From contig JAQGDQ010000066.1 in the NCBI GenBank assembly GCA_030141605.1, forward strand, positions 186,001 through 250,000: DNA of 64,000 bases. The letters are read 5' to 3'. The stretch is from Tubiluchus corallicola. Its lineage: Eukaryota; Animalia; Priapulida. The translations under genes were made by a program, and so were the position numbers. Shown in pieces: positions 1 to 21,609 of this stretch. Under the pieces are notes generated by a model. It was not told the origin of the DNA. It was given only the letters and a program-made list of their open reading frames with translations, and ran no database searches. Positions within the stretch are counted from its first letter, which is position 1. Every line of letters starts with the position of its first letter.

Positions 1-1942
1 GCCTGCTGAAGCACAAAATATGGAAAATGGGTTTGCTATGTCTACACCGAAATCACAAGAAAATATTCCTGTTAGAGACCCTGGCTTGCGTAAAACCACT
101 CCACCCAATGACGAAAAACAACCACCCGTGCGTGGCGACAGACAGAGGAGTTCAAATCGGCAGTTAACCACCGATGGTCGCAGTGGACTAATAAAAGGTT
201 CTGAACGGCTGTCTCATAGGAGCTTGCCATCTTCACAAAAGACTCATCTTGAATACCCGGGACGGCAAGAGTTGGAAGCAAAGCGAGAACAGAGAACATT
301 GAACATGACACCAACTAATGACTTCAACACAAGAGATTTCGTGCCAGCATCATATTATGCTGATTCTCCCAGCTTCATGCAGTATGACCGGAATGGTGAT
401 TGTAAGTATATTTTCACAATACTGTGTTATTATTTGGCACCAAGAGTTAGTTACCATATTTTCCCATGTATAAGAGACCCTTGTGTATAAGAGACCCCTT
501 CAATTTTTAGGCAAAAATTCTGGAAAAAAGTTTTTTGGTAATGAATAATTTTATTCATCATAGAAATCATTAAATTCCTCATCACTCTCATCAAAAATAT
601 CAACTGGAGTCAGACCTTCAGCAATTCCAGCCAGTTCATCATCAGAGGAGTCACTCTGCTCAAAAATGGCATTGTCCTCTTTTGACATTTAAAAAAATAA
701 TAACTTACCCGGTACATTAATTTTATCATTAGAATTTAGCCATGGAGAAGATTTATTGAAAGGAAACTATAATTATCATTAGTGTCACAATTTATGCATC
801 TTATTGAAAAGACTTACTCCCATGTATAAGAGACCCCCTATTTTTAAAGTGAAAATTCTGAGCAAAAAAGGGTCTCTTATACACGGGAAAATACGGTATG
901 TGTGTTGCATTAGGATTGTCAAAAAATGTGGCTTTTACCATAAGGAGCATTAGCCATTTGATGTAATATATTCCACAGAAGCCTGCATACTTTTTAATAG
1001 TAATAATTTTACTGTTAGCCCAATATGCATTTTACATTTTTCAGTTTGTAATATGCTCTTTATGTATCTATGTATGTCACTAATTTAACTCATCTAAATA
1101 CTGTATTTTCAGGTCTTATTTTGTTTTTATTTGTTTGTTGCAGTACCAGAAAGGGATCGTGAGATGTTGAACACATCCTTTCCACAGAAAAGTCGCACTT
1201 CTCCAGTGGTTCGCAGTAATCCTAGAAGTCAAGGTGATTTACCAATCGAGTCTACATCTGTTAATTCAAGCTTTACTTACCCGAGCCCTGCCAGCCATGA
1301 CCGGATAAATTACCCTCCTGTGAGAGAGCACACGCATCCTAGCAACCAGATGATTTCTTCTCCCAGTAATGGAATGCATGTTGGTAACGTACCTGTAAGT
1401 CACGTCTCTCCCAACATGAATCCACATGATCAGTCGTTTCCACGCCACTCGCCTCCAAATCAGCTTCACCAAGTAGCCAGTAGCCAGTCGGAGCATTTCA
1501 ACCAAGTTCCTTCTGACCAGTCATTCAAGTTTTATCCATCACACAGCCAATCACAATTGCCCTATCACTCAGTCCAGTCATCCCAGTCTCCTGGCCATGC
1601 AGGGCAGCCATATTATGCACCTTCTGATAACATCCTATTGCCGCAAATGAATGAAACATTAAACTCCAATCTTAGTCGATCGTACGAGCAGGAGCGCGTA
1701 GACGGAAACGTTGGATCATTCCCAGAATACGACGACATGACCATTACCCTTCAGAAGTTGGATACGGGATTTGGATTTAGAGTAGTTGGTGGAATTGAGG
1801 AAGGTTCCCAAGTATGTGCTTTTTTATTTCATAATCTATATTTTGATGGCATGCATATTTAATACATCTGTTTTTTTTGAAAAATGTAAGTCCCGTTCTT
1901 GACCAGCAAATTTATACTTGAATTACTCCCGATTTACTATCT

Positions 1943-1974
<32 letters not shown>

Positions 1975-4900
1975 TATTTAAAAAAATGCATTTTAATATT
2001 GAGTAGTGGGTCCAATTCATTCACAAATAGGACTTTTAGTATGACTAAATCTTGAAGTGAGGTGAAGGTTCACACCTGTGTACATATTGTGGGCTGTTGT
2101 TACAAACTAAACTAGCAAAAAATGGGCGTGCTGCAGTGAATTTTTGCTTCAGCAAAGGACAGACAAATCAAAGTGTAAGTGTTCTCCTGTAAGTATAGCT
2201 GTTACGTTAAGGTTCTCAGAAAATGAAGAAAAAAACTGCAGTAGAAACAATTTGTACTACCTATGCATAAGGCTTCTTAATTGCACATCCGATTTAATAT
2301 TGCAAAAACTCCTGTTTCTCCAAATCTTCCTGAAAAATCCTGTAATTGCCAAACATTTGATAGCATTAAGATGGTAAATAACTTCTTAATCATGTTTTTG
2401 TTAGGTTGCTGTAGGAACAATCGTACCTGGTGGTTCTGCAGATAGAGACGGTCGTCTCCAACAAGGAGATGAAATTTTATCTGTAAATGGTCAGGATGTA
2501 GTTGGTGCCTCTCATCACACTGTGGTACAATTGATGAGCAGCGGTGGTGCACAGACGGGTCGCGTTACTTTGGGCATACGCAGGCGAAGACCATGTAAGT
2601 TGTCATTCTTGTTGACTTGCTTAAGCTGCCATTATTAAACCAGATTAAGTAAATGCAATATGCTTTGAAACATTGTTGTGCACTGAATAGCCAACAATAA
2701 ATTTGTGTAAATGAAGCACTCGTATTGACAGGAAAAACTTACAAATGGCCTGCTACGGTAGCATTTTATCATAGATGCTCAATTATGGAGTTAGTAAATT
2801 GTCAGCCTAGTAAATTCACACTTTGAACATCTTTTCAAGGTGTGCCAATTTTATACGTTCTGCTTTTTTAGTGCGCAAGCTTAAATAGTCGAGACTTGAC
2901 CCATTAAAAGCCTTAGGACTTCCTGAAAAACTTCTGCTTTTGACTCAGGCTGGACAGTTGCTCATTTGGACAGTTCAAATTTCAAAGATTTTTTGGTTTG
3001 TTGTTTTGTCCATGCTGTACTTCTCGTTGCTAATCCTAAATATTTTTTGTGTTTGCTGAATGGTATATCTGACATATTATGATTTGAGTCCACTTAATAT
3101 CCAAACTTTTGATTTATTTTTAACGAAGCTATGTTTAATAGTGCAGTTCTTATATCCGTTTTAGCATCATAATTACTGTGTTTAAGCTTGTGAAGTGTTA
3201 AAGGATCAGAGTTCCTAGAAAAATAAGTAAATATACCAGGTGTTAAAACCCATTTCGAGTTCTTGCATGGAAACTGTGGCAAGTTTTAAAATTTAGAGGC
3301 ACTGCAGCATATGCCGAAGTTTGAGTTGCAGCTTTTTCTGTTCTAGATGCATCTCCCTTGGCAGCTGAGAAACCTGTTGAAAACATTTACCCATATGATG
3401 TTGTGGTAAATCGACTTGAAAGCGAAGGATTTGGATTTGTCATTATTTCTTCTGTTAGTCACAATGGATCGATTATAGGTGCGTTAGAAATTGGATATAT
3501 ATTATAGAATAATCGAATTATCCATATTTAGCAAATAAGTACAACTTCTTCAAAACAAAATTTTATTGCCGACTGGTTTCGAACAATTACTGTTCTTTTT
3601 CAATGCATTTGAAATTTTATCAGAATGTAGAATGTTTTGTTTGCAAAGTGATAAAATAGTTTCATACTAAAGAAGATATGTAGTCTGTAAGGTAAGTTGT
3701 TAAATTATCTGTATATATCAAACAATATTTGGCTGTTATCTACTGAATTATACGTCTAAGTTGTTTCTATGTTCTGATAAATTTCTTTGTTTTTAGATGC
3801 TTTAAAAAATGGACAGTAATTGTTCGATACTGGTCAGCAATAAAATATGACGACTGAATAGATTCTGATTTATGCCAGTATAATTTTGTCAGACTCTTTG
3901 GTTTTTTCACTGTCTTCAAATTCAATGTAAATGCAGTACGTAAAAAATACACGTCATTTAAAAAGTAGCCCTATCTGACTGGAAGCATCTGATAGGCATA
4001 CTGTGCAGGTCTGGTTAAAGGCATCCAGCAAAATTGTATTGTTGTCATATTAAATACGTTTTCTGCTTTAGTAACCATAATAAATCTGTTTCAACTTGAT
4101 GGTATAGATAGCTAGAGAATTTTAATGACATGAAATGAAATTTTCTCATTATTTTGTATAAACAAAAAAGAAATCATAAGAAAAACAGTAAAAAGCTTTT
4201 CAGAGTTCGACTTGTGAACTAATTATATTGTACCTTAGCCTATTGGCTTCAGCCATTGTTTTATACTGTTTAGGCATCTGATGTGGTGTGTGGAGACAAT
4301 CTAGCCATTTAAACTCATTTTTGATATAGAAACTAGATCCACCTAGTAAGATCTGAATCTAGCAAATGTAGCTTTAGACCTCCAAGCATCAAAATATGTT
4401 TGTGTACATTATATGTTAATGTGTCTTGTTGTGTGGCTTATTTAACTTGGCCCTCTTCTTGTTAAGTATTTTTATTACTTTCCTGAATTGTTTTTTTTTG
4501 TTCCACTTGCTTACTGGAAATTGTTTTACCGGTTTTGCAACTTAAACAGCTGCCTTTTAGAAGAATTCAAGTTACACTTAGCCACAATTTACTTTGGTGA
4601 CTCTTGTATAAACATCTTTCTTGGCACATTTTTACCTGCAATTAAAAGAATTTTAGATTGCTTAGTGGCCACTTTTTGATAAAGCTTTGTTTGTCATTAC
4701 AGGTCGGATTATTGAAGACAGCCCGGCTGAGCGATGCGGACGATTACGCATTGGGGACAGAATTCTTGCGGTTAATGGCATCAACATTTGCAGCATGCAT
4801 CATGGTGAAGTAGTAAAGCTTATAAAAGATTCTGGCTTGACAGTAGCTTTAACAGTTGGCCCTCCTATTGATGATGCATCCAGTGTAGCCAGTTCAGCTT

Positions 4901-7900
4901 CTCAAAAAGTAAGTACTAATGGATGCTTTTTTACATTATTCGTTTTTTGTGAGTTTGTACAATATTTTTTGTCAAGAGCAACTTATTTCTTTGAGCTAAA
5001 GCAATTTCTATTGTGCTCTTAGCCATTAGAACTAAAAACTGTGATACTTTACACTGTAGCAGTGCGAACTAGTAAAGCTAGTCATTCTTAAAAAGTTGTT
5101 ACCTTATGATGTAAATGTATGTAACTCAAGTTGTACTTTAACCAGCAAGCTTAGTATGAAGTTATGTACACCGAATGTGTTGAGTTAGCATGTAGTCAAG
5201 GCTGTCGTCTTATAGATTTTACTTGAGTTAAGTAATACATGTCTGTAAATTGTTTGAACTGAAATTTCTAAATACAGTAGGCGCCTCTTAATAGACTCAC
5301 TTTGGGATGGAACTGTTTTGACCCAATTAAGCCGACCAGTGTAGCATATTGCTACTGTACAAGTATAGTCATCACTCATCACCTTAAAAGCTTTAAATGA
5401 ATTTTAGAAACAAATTAATATCAAAGTTCTTATATGTAATTATTTAAGAATACTAATTTATATATGTGTGAATTGATAAAAATTGTGCAAATCTGATTAT
5501 TACCACTAAAAATTACAAAAATTTGCGCAAATTGGTTGCTTCGTTTCTTCACAAAGAAATTAGTTTATGAAATTCTCATACTGACCAAAATGTTGAAAAT
5601 CTGTTGCTGCATGCTGCACATGTCCAGTCAAAACACCTTGAGCTGCAGTTAGAGGCGAATGTGTTTTCGCTATGAAAGCAGAGCAAACCGTTGGGCAAGT
5701 AATTAAATGTTTGACTTCCAGAAACAATGAGGTTAATTGCAGAGAATTAATAGATGACAGATTCAAAGCAAAACCGCCACACTACCGTATTAGTGCATAT
5801 GTTAAATGTGCCTGCTTGCAAACAAAGACTGTTTCTACGTACAGTACACAAAAGCCACATAAAGATAACATAAAAGCAGTAAATGCTCTTTGGGCTCACA
5901 CAAGTGTCTTTTTTAACTATGTGGAGCAAAATATTGAGTCAATTATACGAGTCATTTAAATCAGTTGTCGGCGGTTTTATATACATTAAATAGGAGCAGC
6001 CTGTACCAGGCATTTCCGAGTCAGTTAGGCAAATGATACTTTAACCATGAGTCTATAAATGGCTCCTACTGTATTCTGAATATTGTTGCTACTAGGTGAA
6101 AGCATTTGCTTTGTAACTTGGCTGTCACCAGCAGCAAAAACATTTCTTGATTGTGGTATTTAATTGTGATCATATTTTCTAATAATTCTTTATTAAACAT
6201 AAACTACTTAACTGACTTAACTGAAACTGCTAACATGGTTTTTCTCTTCTTTACATTTATAGTCTTATGCACCTTCTTTTAGTCTTTTCTCATTTCTGTT
6301 TAACTCTTTATTTATGAAAAGGTGGTGTGCTTTTATACTAATATTCTGCACTGTTCTGTCTAGTTCTTTAGTGACTCTCTCGTAGTAGCGAAAGCCTTTC
6401 CTTCTTCTGCGTCAATTCATCACAGGCGCGCACAGCACCATTTGGAAAATCTTGTTATTCCACAGACACCTACTAACATGGATATTAACTACAACAGCCT
6501 GCCCCGCACTAACAACACTCGGTCGGCAAATCGTTACATAACCATCAACTTGAGTAGCAAGCACCGAAAGCCATTCCATAGGTCAGAGGTATGAGTAATT
6601 ACTGTGTTCGTTTATTACAATAATATCCCCTCGTTCAGAGATGTACTTGCGGTTGTCCCTCTTCGCAGCAAGCAAACCACAAGAACAACCAGTTTTTGTG
6701 TTATTTCAAATAGATTACATGTGGTACTTGGTGTGGTATCACAGGTAAATCAGTGAAAGTACTGGGATATTACTGTAAGGTTATTGTTTAAAATGCAGTA
6801 AGTTTTCAATTTTTTGTAGTAAAAATTGTCATCTCGTGTATGCTGTGGAGGAACCTACGCATGTGTCTTAACCAGACTAATAGTCATAATACATGCTGTT
6901 CAGTGAATATGTTAGAATGTTATAATTTAGTCACTTTAATCAAGATATAGAAATTAGTTAAGCTACATGACAAGTTTTCAATAAATTGATAGCATTATGC
7001 AGGAAAACCAATAGTTATTAAAAACTATGTAAAACAAAATCATTATATTTGATTTTGCATATTTCAGCCATCATTACATCAAGAAGTTGGACAAGGAGAT
7101 GTGCCACATCCTCAAAAAATGTCACCACCTTTGCATCGAGATGTAACAACAGAAGATGTATCTTTCTCTAAAGCAAGTTCTTCACCACATGTCAGTTACG
7201 ATGCAAATGCTCATTATCCCATCCACACTTCAGGTCAGCAAGATCAGCGACATGTGTCTCCTGTACAAGTCCATCCTAATCAATATCAACAGCAGCCATT
7301 TACCCCGCAGAACTATCAAGGAAGCAGTCCAGCTCAAGGTCATATGAACACTAGTCCGCAGGGATATGCGCAAAATCCTCAAATTAGTGCACAGAGTTTT
7401 CAAAGTAATCCTCGCAGTTTGGTACAAAGTTCTCCGCAGGCCTCTTCTCAAAGGTTACCAAGTGATGCATGGACCCACAGCCAGGGTAGCTATGAAAATC
7501 ATAATGTGACGTCAGAGCAGAATCGGTTTCAAGGCAGTCCTAATCAGATTGCAGCAGACAAGTACCATGCAGCAGAGTTGCGAAGAGGCACTCGTGGATT
7601 CGGCTTTAGCATCAGAGGTGGTGCAGAGTTTCAGAATATGCCATTGTATGTCTTGAGAATAGCTGATGGTGGTCCGGCTGAACAGGATGGTAGAATTCAG
7701 GTTTGTCAGAATGTCTGTTTTTTGTCTTAGTTTTAGTCTTCTCACACATTGTTGTTTTTGGTAAAACTGGGGATGTTCTACTTTGCTAATTGGCTGCTCA
7801 AGCAAGTGTCAATCTAATTGGCTATTCTACCTATATTAGCTGTATGTAGTTAAAAAGAAAAACAATATTTGAATCTAGCATAATAGAACACATATTGCAT

Positions 7901-9219
7901 AATGTCATAAAAGTAATATATTTTTTGATGTTTTAAGGTATTTTTTTTTATAGTACGCAATTTTGCTTTAAAACCAAATAAAAGCAGATGTCAAGCTATA
8001 AGTGAAGCAAGAGTAAATTTATTTTTACTGACGCACCCAATTTTGTACCAAGATAATATGAGACAGCTAGAACACTTGGTGTTTCTTTAAGACACCAAAT
8101 GTCATGATTAACTTCTTGAAATTAAACTCATGTTACAGCATGAACAAATGATAATTCTTTTCCAATTATAAGTTGTTTCAGATGTAGAAAGTGTCATACT
8201 TTTGGTTTCTAAGAACTTTTTATAATCTTTCTTTTGAAACTGTTCCGTGTAAATTACAGGCAGTGGTTTTGCTGATCATCTTTTTAAAATGCAAATGCGC
8301 TTTTACTTCTCTAGAAAATTAGCCGTTTTCTTCCAGTTGTTTTTATATACAATTATAGAGACTTCAGTATATATGTCTCTGGCAAACATCAAAAGTTAAA
8401 CAATTTTTACACAACTTAGTCTAGTTATTATTACGTTTTTACAAATTTTTCATTAATTTAGGTTGGCGATGAAATAATAGAAATAAATGGCTACAATACC
8501 AAAGGTATGACTCATGCTAATGCTATCGAGCTGATTAAGCAAGGCGGTCAAACTGTGCGCTTATTATTGTGCCGAACTGGATCTCCGCCACCAAATTTAG
8601 GTAAGTCATGCTGGGTGTTTTGGTAAATTTGCATAGATTGTCTTGATGTACAGGTGCCAGATGCTCTGGAAATCAGAGCTGTTACAAAAATGTTTTTGTA
8701 ATTATCACTGAACTTTTTGTAGGTCAAGTTTCGCCTACCCTTCAGATGAGCAGTAATGCTGCTATGCAAGGACCTCTTACACACAGCTCACCAAATGCAA
8801 TGCAGTTACCCGACTCTGCTTATCGCCCTCCACATCAACAGTTTCATAACATGAGCTTACAGGATACATCCCCTCAACAATGGCCATCCGGAGAATATAA
8901 CCATCCGTCCAACCGACATCAGTACATGGATGGACGATCGATGCAAGCTGCGAACGAGAATGTAGAAAATGAGCGCAAGATGTACCATCACACACATGCA
9001 GCACATGATGCACGTACGGGACACCCAGTGCACCTTGCAGTGCAGAATGACAATAGGTATGGGTATGAGAGCAAGCAGCTTCATCAACGTTTTCAACAGG
9101 AACCGAATGGCTACATTCCATATGACCAGCAAGGTATGAATTACCCTCCAAGAAGTCAGGTATCACAAGCTCAAACACATATGCAAAGTGGGCCGTATCA
9201 TCCGCATATATACCGATAG
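1..9219 (+). CDS. MAGI: MAGI-family membrane-associated guanylate kinase (inverted) scaffold, 5'-partial. Exons <1-401, 1144-1811, 2405-2594, 3347-3478, 4703-4908, (6364-6588, possibly alternative), 7068-7700, 8462-8600, 8723-9219
   Basis: All introns are GT..AG with matching phases (1,0,1,1,0,0,0,1). The spliced product has three PDZ domains: [15 protein letters not shown]|[29 protein letters not shown]; [22 protein letters not shown]...G|[25 protein letters not shown]; [42 protein letters not shown]|[10 protein letters not shown]. These match the last three PDZ domains of MAGI proteins. Stop TAG at 9217-9219. Confidence 0.93.
454..896 (-). mobile_element. Non-autonomous pogo/Tc1-mariner-type DNA transposon (MITE) in MAGI intron
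   Basis: 27-bp TIRs CCATATTTTCCCATGTATAAGAGACCC / GGGTCTCTTATACACGGGAAAATACGG (2 mismatches), TA on both sides, subterminal TGTATAAGAGACCC repeats. Internal minus-strand acidic peptide [17 protein letters not shown]...[15 protein letters not shown] (~685-551) resembles pogo transposase C-termini. Confidence 0.88.
1144..1811 (+). CDS. MAGI: MAGI exon (S/P/Q-rich linker plus start of a PDZ domain)
   Basis: Acceptor ttgcag at 1143, donor gtatgt at 1812; ends [15 protein letters not shown]. Confidence 0.92.
2405..2594 (+). CDS. MAGI: MAGI exon (PDZ second half; absent from the ORF track)
   Basis: ttgttag|GTT...CCAT|gtaagt; [44 protein letters not shown]. Confidence 0.93.
3347..3478 (+). CDS. 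MAGI: MAGI exon (PDZ first half; absent from the ORF track)
   Basis: ttctag|AT...ATAG|gtgcgt; [30 protein letters not shown]. Confidence 0.92.
3562..3606 (-). repeat. Decayed Penelope-type minimal hammerhead ribozyme motif
   Basis: Minus strand TGCA-TTGAAAA-A-GAACAgtaatTGTTC-GAAAC-CA-GTC-GGCA-ATAAA: stem II, GAAAC and GTC present; CTGANGA core mutated. Confidence 0.5.
4703..4908 (+). CDS. MAGI: MAGI exon (PDZ second half)
   Basis: ttacag|GT...AAA|gtaagt; [25 protein letters not shown]. Confidence 0.93.
6364..6588 (+). CDS. MAGI: Probable MAGI cassette exon, 75 aa, phase 0/0
   Basis: Pyrimidine-rich acceptor ttctgtctag|, open 225-nt frame [75 protein letters not shown], donor GAG|gtatga. 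GC is higher than in the flanking intron and the phases fit both neighbours. Confidence 0.7.
7068..7700 (+). CDS. MAGI: MAGI exon (Q/S/P-rich linker plus first half of last PDZ)
   Basis: tttcag|CCA...CAG|gtttgt; [23 protein letters not shown]. Confidence 0.93.
8462..8600 (+). CDS. MAGI: MAGI exon (last PDZ second half)
   Basis: tttag|GTT...TTAG|gtaagt; [36 protein letters not shown]. Confidence 0.93.
8723..9219 (+). CDS. MAGI: MAGI terminal coding exon (low-complexity Q/H/P tail)
   Basis: ttttgtag|GT in phase 1, open to TAG at 9219. Confidence 0.85.
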
Positions 9220-11987
9220 TGTACAATTACACTGGCATGTTGCGACTGCTAATGCATTTAATATCTTGGTCCAAGCTGTCCTGTGTTATTGATATTGACT
9301 GCAACCCATGAGTTATGTCCTATGATTCTAGTTCCAATGATAGAAAGTTAATTTTCAGGAATTGGACAAAGGATCAAGTAAATATTTCCAAAGTATAGGC
9401 AGGCCGAAATCCTGTCTGAATTAGCAATAACTGAATGAAAATGGTGAAGGAGAATGCGTAAAATTGTTGAGTTCAGTAACTTTTGTCTTTGTTCATTGAA
9501 TGTTTAGATGTTGTTCATACAGTCTATGATTGCTCGTGTTTTTCTTGCATGTCATCTAACCAGCAGATGTGAAAACAATGAGAGGGAACAAAGTGCAATG
9601 TTAATATAATTGCACATTTATATTTTTACCATCTGTGGTGTTAGTTTTTTATTCCTTGTGCGTTTCATAATGTTCTAGTGATTGTAATGCAATTGAACGT
9701 GACAGTGGTAGAGATGTAAAAATTGTATCTGCAATTTAGATAGAGATATTGTTTATCAAATCACTTTATTGTACATAATTGCAATGTATTATACAGATGA
9801 TGTTTACATAATTTTTTCTGTATGTTGTAAAAAACCGTCCCAACAGCCTTAAGCATTGCCTTCTAATACAGAATTTATAGTTACAAATTCTGTTACAAAA
9901 AACCGTCCCTTAGCTATCACTTTGCTTTAGATAGCACCAACATTCGTTCATTATTAGCCTTTGCTACGTGTGAACTTTTATTTTATCAGCAACAAAAGCC
10001 ATTAAGTGACATTCCTTATTAGTGTTTCCAGTCAGTCATTACTGTAAGATGCTCAAGCCAAGGGGGAATTTATTGACTGATTTTAGAAATTCAGCAAGTT
10101 ATTTTTGAAAATAACAAAAAAAAACAGTAGATGTTTTATTAATAGTTGCTGTTTTTTATTTATAAAATGAAAATGGACCAATTTTATTAGATGTTTACAC
10201 ATTTATTGTTGTAAAATTAAGAAAGATGATTTCGCATTCGCAACAATTCCAGATCAGGGAATTGTAAAGATGCTTTTATTTTTGTCAAAACAGTTATCTG
10301 TGTGCTATGTCTCATATATCTTGTCTGAAAATGAAAAAGCCAGAAATTGTTTTTATTTCACAAGCTTTTCAATGACCTCTGTTGTTTTATAATTAACAAC
10401 AGTTGTGTGAACATGCCGTCCGTTTTTAAAATTCTAAAATCGTATGTATGTGTTATTTTGCAGGTTAATTTGGATGCATAATTGAATTTTAACATAGATA
10501 TACAATGTTTTATTTTTATACAGAAACAGCCACAATGAACTGTGTAGATTAAGTAATTGTGACAGTGTAATTTAATGATATACCATTCCTCTTGGTTGTT
10601 GAAAATATTTATGTAGAAATTTTAATCTAAACTTGAAGCCTGAAGGTAGCTATTGCTCAATTCTTTGTGGCATGTAAATGTATACTTTTACCTGTAGATG
10701 TTCATTTGATTTTATTGTGGGTTTTTGGCTCGTGATTTTAGTATAAATTTTTCACGACTCATTTATGGTTGTAATATTGAACGTGCAGTTTTATAACAGT
10801 AAACACACGCTAATTCATGCATGGTGGCAAAGATTAGGGATTAAAGATTGTTATCTATACTAGTACTGAGTAGTTTTAATTTCTGGTAATTATTTGATTT
10901 TTTTTTACAAATTTCTATCAATTGTTTGATTTTTTCAACTGCTGCATATAATAATAAAAAGAGCATGTTGGTGTCTAAAAAGACAAGTAAATTTAGAGGA
11001 AATGAAATTTGAAGAATCAAGGCTAGTAGTAATACTTCATTAGTATCACAAAGTTTATTATTTTTGAATTATTGCATATATGAAACCGTTTACAATGTAT
11101 GTTTGTTTTTTAGACATAGTAATACAAAAAAATGTCAACTTTATTGTATTAGGTAAAAAAATCTAGCTTCTTATTTACATTTTTATGTGCATCACTATTT
11201 GTTTCCTTTTAATGATACAGAAGAGGAAACTGCACTTTTGTACATGATGATTGTAATTAGATTACTGATACTAGTTTTTTTATTAAATATACAGTATTTA
11301 CCGAACTACCTAGATTCAAATCACTTGTTTTTTTATTTTTTTTTATTAATTAAATTGGGTTTTTATATGCACTAAATCTCTTAAAATTTGCCATACCTTG
11401 CCATTCACAAAACACAAAACTGCAAGTGAAAAAACGACACTAATTATGCTGTACATACTAAGAAATCATTAAACCATCTACAAAGACAGTCTTTCATTCA
11501 GAAATGCCATTCCATTACACGAATGCGTGTCAATTAAATAAATCATGATGCCTGAGTTGAAAGCCTTGTTTGTATCATTGAAATTTCAAAAATGCTCTAA
11601 AATATCACAACTGATTACAATTGTTTCCCTGGAATTCGGTAAAATTATCACTAGGAAAGCAACAGGATTGGTGCTAACATGACGCACGCCAGTTGATCGT
11701 TACATGTATACAAAAACAAAAATTCATCGAGGAAAGATTATTTTTTCAACATACATGATTTAATTATAGAATAAATTGTAAAAACAGTAATTACATACAT
11801 GTGTGCAATGGAAAATTACATCAGCATTTCACAACAGGTTTCTACTACAAAACCATACAACTAACTACTCCTTTTACTACATTAATTAACCCACCTATAT
11901 AATAATACAAACCAATGGCAATTATTAATAACTGTAAGAACTAGACTACCACATCTTGGACAGTTTCCTTTTGAAAAGGGTGTGCTA
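9220..11987. other. Convergent 3' UTR region of MAGI (+) and TGS1 (-)
   Basis: Lies between the two stop codons. T-rich on + until ~11380, then A-rich. AATAAA on + at 10953; minus-strand AATAAA (tttatt) at 11054, 11140 and ~11331-11347. Confidence 0.6.
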
Positions 11988-21609
<9,622 letters not shown>

